IMG/VR virus record: IMGVR_UViG_3300044955_000042
Span: 1-55,094 of that record
Direction: 5' to 3' (one strand)
Length of the DNA: 55,094 nt
Source: a virus
Lineage: Duplodnaviria > Caudoviricetes
The position numbers and the translations under genes are program-made. Positions within the stretch are counted from its first letter, which is position 1, and every line of letters begins with the position of its first letter. The notes under the pieces were generated by a model, which was not told the origin of the DNA, ran no database searches, and saw only the letters and a program-made list of their open reading frames with translations. Of this stretch, positions 1-8,674 are shown piece by piece.

Positions 1-299
1 AGGGTGTAGTTGATGTCCAATATAAATATCTGGATGAAGCATTAACTCAGCCTTGGTTCCTCTACAAAGAACTCTTGGCTGAAGGTGTAGCACCTGAACA
101 AGCACGTATGGTCTTGCCTCAGTCCACGATGACCGAGTGGTACTGGTCAGGTTCACTGGATGCCTTTGCTGACATGTGCCGCCTTCGTTGCAAGGAAGAC
201 ACACAGTATGAGTCACGCCTTGTGGCTGACCAAGTGTCTACTATCATGCAAGACCTGTATCCTGTATCATGGTCTGCACTTATGGGAGAAACACAATGA
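1..299 (+). CDS. thyX: Flavin-dependent thymidylate synthase ThyX, 3' part (5' end outside window)
   Basis: Frame is open from base 3. It contains the ThyX C-terminal signature GVAPEQARMVLPQSTMTEWYWSGSL..F...C.LR. Confidence 0.9.
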   Translation, partial: GVVDVQYKYLDEALTQPWFLYKELLAEGVAPEQARMVLPQSTMTEWYWSGSLDAFADMCRLRCKEDTQYESRLVADQVSTIMQDLYPVSWSALMGETQ

Positions 300-433
300 C
301 TGAAGAACAGTATGACGAAGCAATGTACGAACTAGATGATATGTTTCTTGCTGGTGAGATAGATTATGCTGACTATATGGAATGGGTCAAAGACCTAAAC
401 GAGGAGTACAGAGAAGGAGAAACGAATGACTGA
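296..433 (+). CDS. Small acidic hypothetical protein, 45 aa (not in ORF track)
   Basis: ATG overlaps the thyX stop (ATGA), with GGAG upstream. MTEEQYDEAMYELDDMFLAGEIDYADYMEWVKDLNEEYREGETND. Its end overlaps the next start. Confidence 0.7.
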   Translation: MTEEQYDEAMYELDDMFLAGEIDYADYMEWVKDLNEEYREGETND

Positions 434-797
434 CCGTAAATTCACACCACCAACAGAGTTTCCCGCTGAGTATGTCGATGGGAATGGCAACAAAGCTGTC
501 ATCTTGGGGCGAGGGCCAAACAAATTGTTTCCGTTTATTGGTCATAACGCTGCTGGACATGCTCGATATTGGACTGCGAAAGGGGTGGACCCCACTGACG
601 ACACATGCCTCCACGACATCCCCAAGCGCATCACAACGTGGCACAATGTTTATCAGGACGCCACTTTAGGTTACAATAGTTTTACCAGCCGTGATCAAAC
701 TTTCCCACACAGCGTTGGCTTGAAGGGCATCTGCGTCTACCGCATTGAACGTGATGAGGATGGCGGCAACCCTGAGATATTCGTGGAGGAAGTGTGA
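426..797 (+). CDS. Hypothetical phage protein
   Basis: 123-aa ORF with AGGAG RBS, coupled to neighbours. Confidence 0.75.
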   Translation: MTDRKFTPPTEFPAEYVDGNGNKAVILGRGPNKLFPFIGHNAAGHARYWTAKGVDPTDDTCLHDIPKRITTWHNVYQDATLGYNSFTSRDQTFPHSVGLKGICVYRIERDEDGGNPEIFVEEV

Positions 798-1052
798 TGG
801 CTACGATCATGAAGAAACTAAAGCCTCGACGAGCGTGAGGACTGGGACGCACTAGAAGAGGTCACGGCAGAGCTTGAGCAGGCAGAGGCACGGATCGAGG
901 CGCTGGAGGGTAAGCTGGCGGAATTGCTTGTAGTGGTAAAACGTGCGGTGCGGCTGTCAATAGATCACAGTAATTTCAAACTGTATGCGATGGAGCCTCT
1001 GGAACGGGCAATAGCCGCCGCAGAACGCCTTACTAAAAGGACAAGACGATGA
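797..1052 (+). pseudogene. Frameshifted coiled-coil small gene (or sequencing indel)
   Basis: GGAGGA plus ATG at 797 stops at 838. The +1 frame from about 822 reads DEREDWDALEEVTAELEQAEARIEALEGKLAE..., resembling the two following paralogs. Confidence 0.55.
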
Positions 1053-1630
1053 CTAGCATTCAACGGTACGATGCGTGGCCCCAAGAGTGGCCGTTTGAAG
1101 CTGAGGATGGGGACTTGGTGACCTACGAAGATCACAGAAAAATTGTAGAGGAACTGGAAGCCAAGCTGGCGAAGGCGGTGGAGGCACTGCAATCCATTAC
1201 ATTTGAATGTGTTGGGGATAGTGGGAGGTGCGGTTCCCGTGCGGCCCTCGCAGAACTAAGCAGCACAATGAAAGGACAAGACGATGAGTAATGATCTAGT
1301 GGAGCGGCTATATGACCGACGTGTTTGCAGCCCCGCACAAAACTCTTGCCGTAATGATTGGGTGCTAGATCAAGCCGCAGCCCACATCGAGGAACTTGAG
1401 GCAGAGTTGAAATACTGGAGGAAGGATAGTGCGGATGCATGGGACAAGTGTGAGGAAAACAGACTTAAACTGGCGAAGGCGGTAGAGGCTTTGGGTGGCA
1501 TGGTGGGCTTGTTCTCAGGGTATAGCCTACTGCTGAAGGGTATGCACCTGAACATGGAGCTAGATAACGCACGAGCAGCCCTCGCAGACCTATCAAAGGA
1601 ACGTAGTGACGAGAAAGGACAAGACGATGA
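1036..1630 (+). repeat. Three exact 17-bp direct repeats AAAGGACAAGACGATGA at gene junctions
   Basis: Copies at 1036-1052, 1271-1287 and 1614-1630. Each contains the RBS and ATG of the next gene. Confidence 0.9.
1049..1291 (+). CDS. Hypothetical coiled-coil protein (ELEAKLAKAVEAL...RAALAEL...KGQDDE family)
   Basis: 80-aa ORF sharing its C-terminal segments with 1284..1634. Confidence 0.75.
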   Translation: MTSIQRYDAWPQEWPFEAEDGDLVTYEDHRKIVEELEAKLAKAVEALQSITFECVGDSGRCGSRAALAELSSTMKGQDDE

Positions 1631-1634
1631 GTGA
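1284..1634 (+). CDS. Hypothetical coiled-coil protein, partial paralog of 1049..1291
   Basis: Shares KLAKAVEAL, RAALA(D/E)L and terminal KGQDDE. Confidence 0.75.
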   Translation: MSNDLVERLYDRRVCSPAQNSCRNDWVLDQAAAHIEELEAELKYWRKDSADAWDKCEENRLKLAKAVEALGGMVGLFSGYSLLLKGMHLNMELDNARAALADLSKERSDEKGQDDE

Positions 1635-1854
1635 CTACTGGCACTACCAACTGATGTATCACAAGCGGGAAAACCCTGCCGCCTTTGAGGGTGATGGCTA
1701 CTATGCTATCCACGAGTACTACTCTCTAGAGGGAGGTGATACTTGGACAATCACCCCTGTAGAAATAACAGGAGAGGACATTGAAGACGTTAAGAAGTCT
1801 CTTCTACTTATGCTACATGCCATTGACAAACACGGAGTGAAAGACTATGCCTGA
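1627..1854 (+). CDS. Hypothetical phage protein (WHYQ...YAIHEYY type)
   Basis: Start placed at ATG 1627 inside the junction repeat. Same frame as track ORF 1606..1854. Confidence 0.75.
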   Translation: MSDYWHYQLMYHKRENPAAFEGDGYYAIHEYYSLEGGDTWTITPVEITGEDIEDVKKSLLLMLHAIDKHGVKDYA

Positions 1855-2023
1855 TATTAGTATGTGCAGCAGCACAACCTGCCCACTAAAACATAAGTGT
1901 TACCGTAACCCTGCTAGTGGTACTCAACCAAGCGAGTTTAGGCAAGCGTGGTTTGTTTCTTATGAAGGTTGGGGTGAAGATTGCAAGTATTACTGGCCAG
2001 TAAAGGAAAAACACAATGACTGA
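1847..2023 (+). CDS. Small Cys-rich protein, 58 aa, paralog of 51677..51862 (not in ORF track)
   Basis: MPDISMCSSTTCPLKHKCYRNPASGTQPSEFRQAWFVSYEGWGEDCKYYWPVKEKHND. GGAG upstream; overlaps both neighbours. Confidence 0.85.
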   Translation: MPDISMCSSTTCPLKHKCYRNPASGTQPSEFRQAWFVSYEGWGEDCKYYWPVKEKHND

Positions 2024-2309
2024 CTACAACGTAACCCGCAGTGCAGCTACTCAGGTCACAGACCGCTTTAGCCGTATGTTGCGTGACCTAGAGGATGACT
2101 TCGAAGAAGAGATCGTAGTGTGTAGCCTAATGAAGTATTACAACATGTGCTCAGTACCCGTTAAGGACGAGGGTGGGATGGACATGGGTGTAGATGAAGA
2201 CCTACTGTGGGCTATTGAACGTGTGCTGCAGGACTTCATGACTACATCTGACTTCAACGCATGGATGCTTACTGTCAAAGGTAAACGACCGAGTAAATGC
2301 GGAGATTAA
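2016..2309 (+). CDS. Hypothetical protein
   Basis: 97-aa ORF with AAGGA RBS. Confidence 0.7.
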   Translation: MTDYNVTRSAATQVTDRFSRMLRDLEDDFEEEIVVCSLMKYYNMCSVPVKDEGGMDMGVDEDLLWAIERVLQDFMTTSDFNAWMLTVKGKRPSKCGD

Positions 2310-2414
2310 CCCCTGTATTTACCGCAAATGGTAAGTAGAATGTAAGCTTCGTAAGACATATTCAGCCGTTACGACTTACACGCACTACAAACACGCAAAA
2401 GACGGAGAACAACT

Positions 2415-2651
2415 ATGGATGTTAAAAACGTAATGATGAGTGTACTACAATCGAACGCAGCAGTGGAGCTTATGGATAAAGTGGTAATAGCTGCACTCCA
2501 AAGCTCCCGTGATACGTGTACTGAGCTACGTGAGGAGCTAGACTTCAAAGTTGGCACAGGAAATGCTACGCCAGCTCAAATGAAGGACTGGGAAAGCCTT
2601 GTACAAGACATAGCAGCACTTAACCGTGTGATTGACTATCATGGAGGATGA
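2415..2651 (+). CDS. Hypothetical protein
   Basis: 78-aa ORF with GGAG RBS. Confidence 0.7.
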   Translation: MDVKNVMMSVLQSNAAVELMDKVVIAALQSSRDTCTELREELDFKVGTGNATPAQMKDWESLVQDIAALNRVIDYHGG

Positions 2652-2652
2652 T

Positions 2653-2859
2653 ATGACTGACGAAGTAGGATACATGCAGGTGACAAAGCTCACTGAACAT
2701 GAGGACGGTAGTGCTACCATAGAGTTTGACATGGATGACACCACAGCAGCACTAGCACAAGAGCTAGGGCTAAAGCTCCTGATCTACTGTGGGATTACTG
2801 GTACTAACTTAGACTATGTATTCGATAGCATCCTAGGAAGGGGATTAGACAATGAGTAA
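2653..2859 (+). CDS. Hypothetical protein (EHEDGSAT motif)
   Basis: GGAGGA at 2643-2648 favours ATG 2653 within track ORF 2632..2859. Confidence 0.7.
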   Translation: MTDEVGYMQVTKLTEHEDGSATIEFDMDDTTAALAQELGLKLLIYCGITGTNLDYVFDSILGRGLDNE

Positions 2860-3190
2860 TGTTAAGAAGTCTTTTGGCGGCATAAAATATGACAGCGGTA
2901 AGCCAAGGTATGACTTACTTCCGCCAGAACTTCTTGAAGAAGCCGCAAAGGTGTTGACCTTTGGTGCCCAAAAATATGAGCCCCGTAACTGGGAGGCTGG
3001 CATGGACTGGTCACGACCATTTGCGGCAATGATGCGACATCTGTGGTCATGGTGGAGGGGTCAAGACAAAGACCCAGAGACAGGATTCTCTCACCTAAGC
3101 CACGCAGTATGTTGTGTGGCATTTTTAATTGCCTACGAGAACAGGAGAATAGGAACAGATGACCGACACAAGATTACAGGTGATGACTAA
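2852..3190 (+). CDS. DUF5664-type dATP/dGTP diphosphohydrolase-domain protein
   Basis: Family pattern GIKYDSGKPRYDLLP...VLTFGAQKY..RNW..G......A.MRH...W..G...DPETG.SHL.HA. Confidence 0.8.
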   Translation: MSNVKKSFGGIKYDSGKPRYDLLPPELLEEAAKVLTFGAQKYEPRNWEAGMDWSRPFAAMMRHLWSWWRGQDKDPETGFSHLSHAVCCVAFLIAYENRRIGTDDRHKITGDD

Positions 3191-3305
3191 GGGTGAAGAA
3201 AATTTATTGCGGGAGGCCTTGAAGGTTTGTCCTGACGTATCTATTGTTGATGTAGTCCACCTAATCTTTCTCAGACAAGCTGAGTTAGAACAAGAGCCCG
3301 AATAA
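3183..3305 (+). CDS. Small hypothetical protein, 40 aa (not in ORF track)
   Basis: MTKGEENLLREALKVCPDVSIVDVVHLIFLRQAELEQEPE fills the gap between two genes. Confidence 0.45.
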   Translation: MTKGEENLLREALKVCPDVSIVDVVHLIFLRQAELEQEPE

Positions 3306-3315
3306 GGAATTAACT

Positions 3316-4908
3316 ATGAGCGACAACCCACACCTTGCCTGTCCATTTGTTGATTGTGGATCTTCGGATGCCTTCAACTGGAATGATGATGGGTACGGAC
3401 ACTGCCACTCTTGTAGCGAGTCTTATCCAAGCAAGGGCATGGGAGAGACATTTGACTGGGCCAAAAAGGAGTACCCACTGAAAACCATGATAAACCCAAA
3501 AACAGCAGAGATTACGGGCTTTACCTATAAGGGCATCCGTGGGCTTGATGAAGAGGTAGCAAAACTTTACGGCATCCAAGTTCAGATGTCTAATGGTGAG
3601 CCTATCCGTTATGCTTACAAATACCCACACACAGTAAAGTATCGAGACTACAACAACAAGGCTAACTCCTGGGTCAAAGATGTCGGTCTTGGGATGAAAC
3701 AATTCTTTGGTCCAAACTTTAACTCCGGCTCTTCTAAGCGGCTCTATATCACTGAGGGTGAGTTTGATGCAGCCTCACTGTTCCAGATCTTGGGACAGAC
3801 ATTCCCTGTGGTGTCGCTCCCCAGCGCATCTATCGGTGAGAAGTTTCTTAAGGCCAACCATGAGTATCTTGCAAACTTCCAAGAGCTTGTCTATGCAGGT
3901 GAGCTAGATGATGCAGGCAGGAAGGCAGCTGATAAGCTCTACGAGGTCTTCCCAGAGAAGTTCTACTATGTCCCAATGAACAAGTACAAGGATGCTAATG
4001 ACTTCCTTACAAACGGTGACAGTGAACTTCTCAAGTGGGCAGCACTCAAACCACAGCGGTACTCACCAGAGAACTTCTTCTGTAGTGATGAGGCTGTTGA
4101 GACTGCTATCACTCAGGAGAACCCATACGAGTATACACCAACTGGCCACGAAGAACTTGATAGCATGTGTCGTGGTCTTGTGAAGGGTGGAATCACATTC
4201 ATCAAAGCACCGCGTGGTACCGGTAAGACTGAGATCATCCGCTTCTTTGAGACTGCAATGCTTCGTACAGAAACTTGCCGTGTTGCCATGCTCCATATGG
4301 AAGAGATGAAGTCTACAACGTATCGTGCTATGGCCACCTATCAGCTTGGTGTGAATGTCCGTACTAAGGATGATGCGTCATGGAACGGTATCTCTGAAGA
4401 CGAGGTTGTCACAGCAGCTAAAGATGCTACCAAGGGTGAACGTACTATCATCTTCGAGATGATGGCACACGACGATCCTATGAAGCTCCTAGACTATGTA
4501 CGGTTGGCTTCTACAGTCTACGGTGCTGAGTATATCTTCATCGACCACGTTCAACGTCTAGCATACCTCTCAGATGCAGGTGTTGATGGTGCAACCTCAA
4601 CTCTAACCACACTAGGTTCAAGAATGGCACAGCTTGCCAAACAGCTGAACATTGGGGTGATCTTCATCTCACAGGTCAATGATGATGGACGTACCAAGTA
4701 TGCTGCTTCACTTGAAGAAGAGGCCATCATCTGCATCAAACTTGTACGAGATGTAGAAAGCGAAGATCAACTGTTGAGAAATACTACCGGTCTCTATGTT
4801 GATAAGAACAGACCATTCAGTAAGCTGGGTAAAGCTGGTGCTGTTTATTATGAGCCAGAAACAACACTCTTAGAAGAGACTACTTGGCCAGAGGGGCTTG
4901 CAGCATGA
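3316..4908 (+). CDS. T7 gp4-like DNA primase-helicase
   Basis: N-terminal Zn finger (CPFVDCGSSD...CHSC), TOPRIM (ITEGEFDA, ELDDAG, KDAND), Walker A APRGTGKT, IFIDH, KNR. Confidence 0.93.
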   Translation: MSDNPHLACPFVDCGSSDAFNWNDDGYGHCHSCSESYPSKGMGETFDWAKKEYPLKTMINPKTAEITGFTYKGIRGLDEEVAKLYGIQVQMSNGEPIRYAYKYPHTVKYRDYNNKANSWVKDVGLGMKQFFGPNFNSGSSKRLYITEGEFDAASLFQILGQTFPVVSLPSASIGEKFLKANHEYLANFQELVYAGELDDAGRKAADKLYEVFPEKFYYVPMNKYKDANDFLTNGDSELLKWAALKPQRYSPENFFCSDEAVETAITQENPYEYTPTGHEELDSMCRGLVKGGITFIKAPRGTGKTEIIRFFETAMLRTETCRVAMLHMEEMKSTTYRAMATYQLGVNVRTKDDASWNGISEDEVVTAAKDATKGERTIIFEMMAHDDPMKLLDYVRLASTVYGAEYIFIDHVQRLAYLSDAGVDGATSTLTTLGSRMAQLAKQLNIGVIFISQVNDDGRTKYAASLEEEAIICIKLVRDVESEDQLLRNTTGLYVDKNRPFSKLGKAGAVYYEPETTLLEETTWPEGLAA

Positions 4909-4927
4909 GTTAGACAGGTGCTATAAT
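4898..4927 (+). promoter_or_regulatory. Sigma70-like promoter upstream of DNA polymerase
   Basis: TTGCAG-N18-TATAAT with extended -10 TGn. Confidence 0.6.
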
Positions 4928-4951
4928 TAGCCATAACAAAAAGGAGACAGG

Positions 4952-6829
4952 ATGAAAGTATTTGATATTGAGGCGGATGGCCTACTAGATACGATCACAA
5001 AGATACACTGCGTCTCTTACTCTTCCGATGGCAAAAACTTCCACACTATCTATGACTATGATCATATGCGTAGGTTCTTCACTGAAGAGAAAGTACTCAT
5101 TGGTCACAACATCATACGTTATGATAACAGGGCTATACAGAAAGTTCTTGGGGTCAAGGTAAGTGCAAAGGTTTATGACACACTTGCAATGTCTTGGGTA
5201 TTTGCGCCTAGCAGGTCTCGTCATGGGCTTGACTCTTGGGGTGAGACACTTGGAGTGCAGAAACCAGAGATCGACAACTGGGAAAGTCTAAGCTTAGAGG
5301 AGTACACCCACAGGTGTGAAGAAGATGTTAAGATCAACTGGGGAGTCTGGCAAAACCTTATACGAAAAGCAAAGATGATCTACGACGATAAAAAAGATCT
5401 GGATAGGTTTCTTCAGTACCTTACCTTCAAGATGGAATCAGCCGCTAAGGCAGAGGATGCTGGGTGGAAGGTTGACCTAGATTTAGTAGAGAAGAGCATC
5501 GAGACCCTCACACAGCAACAGCTTGAGAAGGTCGAAGAGCTTAGACAGCACATGCCACTTAACAAGAAGTATACCACTAAGAGGTTCCCAAAGAACCCAC
5601 TCAAAAAAGATGGTACACTATCTGTTCAGGGTCAGAAGTGGAAAGAACTGCTTAAGTCTGAAAATAGACCAAGTAGCTACAAGGGTGATCTGAAGGTTCT
5701 TAAGGAGCTTGAACCAGCAAACCCTGGCTCATCTGATCAGGTAAAGAACTGGTTGTTTAGCCTTGGTTGGGTTCCATGCACATTCGACTATAAAAAGAAT
5801 GATGATGGTTCAGAGCGCGCAGTACCACAGGTCCGTAAAGATGGTGAGCTTACAGCATCAGTAAAGCTCCTCATAGAGGATAACCCAGGTGTTGCAACTC
5901 TTGATGGACTAACTGTTATTCAACACAGGTTAGCTATCTTCAAGGGTTTTAAAGAGTGTCAGGTTGATGGGTATCTCAGGGCTGAGGTCGATGGCCTTAC
6001 CAACACGTTGAGGTTCAAACACAAGAAACCTCTTGTCAATCTTCCGGGTGTTGATAAGCCTTGGGGTAAAGAGGTACGTGGTGCACTGACAGCCCCAGAA
6101 GGTTTCATACTTTGCGGTGCAGACATGGTATCCCTTGAGTCCACAACCAAGCGTCACTATCTGCACCCTTATGACCCAGACTATGTGGAGGAGATGTCAA
6201 CTCCAGGTTTTGATGAGCACCTTGACCTAGCGGTTAAAGCTGGTTACCTAGACCCTGATGACTACCGCTTCTACACAACTTCCGATGAGGATACTGTCAA
6301 TGACAAAGATCGTTACTACAAGATCCACAAGATCCGCAAGAAGTTCAAGCCGGTCAACTACTCCGCTATCTACGGGGTGGGAGTTAAGAAGCTCCACAGG
6401 GCCACTGGTATTGCAATGGGCGAGGCCAGCAAATTGCTTGAGGCTTACTGGGATCGCAACTGGGGTATCAAGAAGTTCTCTGAAGATGTCTTGAAGACAG
6501 TCAAGATGATCGGTGGGGAGATGTGGGTTAAGAACCCTGTTAGTGGCTTCTACCACTCTCTTCGTTATGAGAAGGATGCCTTCTCCACCATCAATCAGAG
6601 TACAGGCGTATACTGTTTTGACAACTGGCTTGCAGCATACCTCACTGTAAGACCTAACATTGTCGGACAGTTTCACGACGAATCAATTAACTGCATCAAG
6701 GAGGGTGATGAGACTCAGCATGAGCACACTTTGAGAAGAGCAATCCAAAAGGTCAACAACAAGCTTCGGCTAAACATTGACCTAGATATCGACGTAAAGT
6801 TTGGGTATCGGTACTCAGACATACATTAA
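4952..6829 (+). CDS. polA: Family A DNA polymerase with 3'-5' exonuclease
   Basis: Exo motifs FDIEAD, GHNIIRYD and CEEDV. Pol motifs GADMVSLE, RKKFKPVNYSAIYG and FHDE. Confidence 0.95.
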   Translation: MKVFDIEADGLLDTITKIHCVSYSSDGKNFHTIYDYDHMRRFFTEEKVLIGHNIIRYDNRAIQKVLGVKVSAKVYDTLAMSWVFAPSRSRHGLDSWGETLGVQKPEIDNWESLSLEEYTHRCEEDVKINWGVWQNLIRKAKMIYDDKKDLDRFLQYLTFKMESAAKAEDAGWKVDLDLVEKSIETLTQQQLEKVEELRQHMPLNKKYTTKRFPKNPLKKDGTLSVQGQKWKELLKSENRPSSYKGDLKVLKELEPANPGSSDQVKNWLFSLGWVPCTFDYKKNDDGSERAVPQVRKDGELTASVKLLIEDNPGVATLDGLTVIQHRLAIFKGFKECQVDGYLRAEVDGLTNTLRFKHKKPLVNLPGVDKPWGKEVRGALTAPEGFILCGADMVSLESTTKRHYLHPYDPDYVEEMSTPGFDEHLDLAVKAGYLDPDDYRFYTTSDEDTVNDKDRYYKIHKIRKKFKPVNYSAIYGVGVKKLHRATGIAMGEASKLLEAYWDRNWGIKKFSEDVLKTVKMIGGEMWVKNPVSGFYHSLRYEKDAFSTINQSTGVYCFDNWLAAYLTVRPNIVGQFHDESINCIKEGDETQHEHTLRRAIQKVNNKLRLNIDLDIDVKFGYRYSDIH

Positions 6830-6832
6830 CTA

Positions 6833-6862
6833 TTGACCCCCACTTTCAATACATGCTAAAAT
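6833..6862 (+). promoter_or_regulatory. Sigma70-like promoter upstream of SSB
   Basis: TTGACC-N18-TAAAAT with TGn extension, intergenic. Confidence 0.6.
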
Positions 6863-6890
6863 TACTTCACAGCAACAGAGGATACACACA

Positions 6891-7457
6891 ATGGCAAGTG
6901 ACATCAAAAACGTATACGTAGAGCTCGACGGCATCATCGAATGGGCCAAGCTCTTTGAACACAACCGAGACCAGAAAGGTTACAACGATGCGTATGTAGA
7001 TACCAACGGACGTACAACAGTCAACTTCATCCTTGATGATGACAACATGGCAAAGCTTAAGAAGACTGGATCACTTAAGCGGGGGAAACCAGACCCGGAA
7101 GGCCGAGGTACCTCAGTTAAGTTTGACCGTAAGTGGGAGACAGGACGTGAGTGGGACAGTGGTGCACCTGCAGTCTACCGTGTAGATGGTAACCCATGGA
7201 ACCACGAAGTAGATGGTGAGATTGGTAACGGCTCTATCGGACGTATCCAGCTCGTTGTTACTTACTTCCCATCGGTCAAGACCTTCTCCACACGAATTGA
7301 GAAAGTTAAGATCCTGGAGCATGTACCTTACGAAGGTCCAACAGACCCCTTCAAGGTAGATGAGAGTGGTAAGGCACCTGCACCACAGAAGGCAGCAACA
7401 CCTACAACGACTCCACCACCAATGGAAGAAGACCTGAGCGACGAGATCCCATTCTAA
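6891..7457 (+). CDS. Single-stranded DNA-binding protein (T7 gp2.5-like)
   Basis: IGNGS motif, Pro/Thr linker, acidic tail EEDLSDEIPF; follows PolA. Confidence 0.8.
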   Translation: MASDIKNVYVELDGIIEWAKLFEHNRDQKGYNDAYVDTNGRTTVNFILDDDNMAKLKKTGSLKRGKPDPEGRGTSVKFDRKWETGREWDSGAPAVYRVDGNPWNHEVDGEIGNGSIGRIQLVVTYFPSVKTFSTRIEKVKILEHVPYEGPTDPFKVDESGKAPAPQKAATPTTTPPPMEEDLSDEIPF

Positions 7458-7466
7458 GGAGCCCAC

Positions 7467-8321
7467 ATGGCCAAGACTATTGACACACTCATTAACGACA
7501 TGAATAACGTGATACTTGGCCTTGGTGGTTGGGATAGTGCTATCACGAGGTATCTTGCAGAAAGCATCTCTGAAGTTGCAGAGAACAGGTTTTCAAAACC
7601 GCAAGAACCTCGTGGCTATCTCAGTCTGTCAGCTCTTGGCGATCCTTGTGAGCGTAGTTTGTGGTATAAAGTAAACATGTCTGACAAGGGGGAACCACTC
7701 TCAGCAGAGTCACTTGGGACATTCTTTTATGGAGACCTCTTGGAGGCTTTCATAATCGCTGTCGTAAAGGCCTCTGGCCACAAGGTAGAGGGTGAGCAGG
7801 ATAGGCTCGATGTTCATGGCATCAAAGGTCACCGAGATGTCATCATTGATGGCGTGACTGTTGACGTTAAGTCTGCATCATCATACGGGTTTGAGAAGTT
7901 TGCAAAGGGGTCTCTTAGAGAAGATGACCCTTTTGGTTATATAAGCCAGCTATCTTCTTACGTCTATGCAGGTAAAGATGACCCCAAGGTTACGGATAAA
8001 AAACGTGGGGCATTCCTTGCAGTAAAGAAAGACCGCTTCAAGCTTGCTTTGGATATGTATGACTTCTCTAAAGAGCTTGAGACCAAGGAGAAAGAGATTG
8101 AACAAAAGAAGGCTCTCGTAGCTGGTGACATACCAGAGGATCGCCTAGCACCTGTACCACAGAGTAAGACAAGCCCAAACATGAAGCTTAATACAAAGTG
8201 TGGTTACTGCCAATTCCGCAAGATCTGTTGGCCAGAGGTTAGAACTTTCATCTACTCTTCTGGACCACTATTTCTTGCAGAGGTTAAGAAAGAGCCAAAC
8301 GTACCGGAGTTAGTCGAATGA
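7467..8321 (+). CDS. Cas4-like PD-(D/E)XK exonuclease
   Basis: S.LG.PC..SLWY, GHRD...DVKS, Y..QL..Y, C-terminal CGYC.....C. Confidence 0.85.
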   Translation: MAKTIDTLINDMNNVILGLGGWDSAITRYLAESISEVAENRFSKPQEPRGYLSLSALGDPCERSLWYKVNMSDKGEPLSAESLGTFFYGDLLEAFIIAVVKASGHKVEGEQDRLDVHGIKGHRDVIIDGVTVDVKSASSYGFEKFAKGSLREDDPFGYISQLSSYVYAGKDDPKVTDKKRGAFLAVKKDRFKLALDMYDFSKELETKEKEIEQKKALVAGDIPEDRLAPVPQSKTSPNMKLNTKCGYCQFRKICWPEVRTFIYSSGPLFLAEVKKEPNVPELVE

Positions 8322-8674
8322 GTAGGGCAAGGTCAGCCAAACAAAAGGGTAGACTTGGGCAGCAAGAGATCAGGGACATGTTCTATGAACTCTTTCCCCA
8401 GCTTGAACAAGGGGATATCAAGTCAGCAATTATGGGTGAGGGTGGTGCAGATATACAACTCTCACCCGCTGCACATAAACTCATGCCAATATCTGTGGAG
8501 GTTAAACGGAGAAAGTCTGGCATGAAGACTCAGTATGACTGGCTTGATCAAGCAAGGTCACACACAAACGATCCACCAGTTGTCTTCTTTCGTGCAGATA
8601 GATCAGACTGGTTGGTTATAACTCCGGTAGAGCACTACCTAGAACTTCTGAAAGGTTGGAAAGATGTGGAATAG
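8318..8674 (+). CDS. Holliday junction resolvase-like endonuclease (Hjc-type)
   Basis: SAKQKGR, GADI, SVEVKRR, W..QA, PVVFFR.DR..W. Confidence 0.75.
   Translation: MSRARSAKQKGRLGQQEIRDMFYELFPQLEQGDIKSAIMGEGGADIQLSPAAHKLMPISVEVKRRKSGMKTQYDWLDQARSHTNDPPVVFFRADRSDWLVITPVEHYLELLKGWKDVE

Noticed and set aside
1036-1630. 17-bp repeats as a CRISPR array or attC sites
   Set aside because: Spacing is 235 and 343 bp, the repeats are coding and non-palindromic, and no integrase is present.
2852-3190. Z-genome (2-aminoadenine) system suggested by the dATP/dGTP hydrolase domain
   Set aside because: No PurZ-like or DatZ-like gene in the window; this domain is common in unmodified phages.
7467-8321. Cas4-like gene as part of a CRISPR locus
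   Set aside because: No other cas genes or repeat-spacer array; it sits in the replication module.
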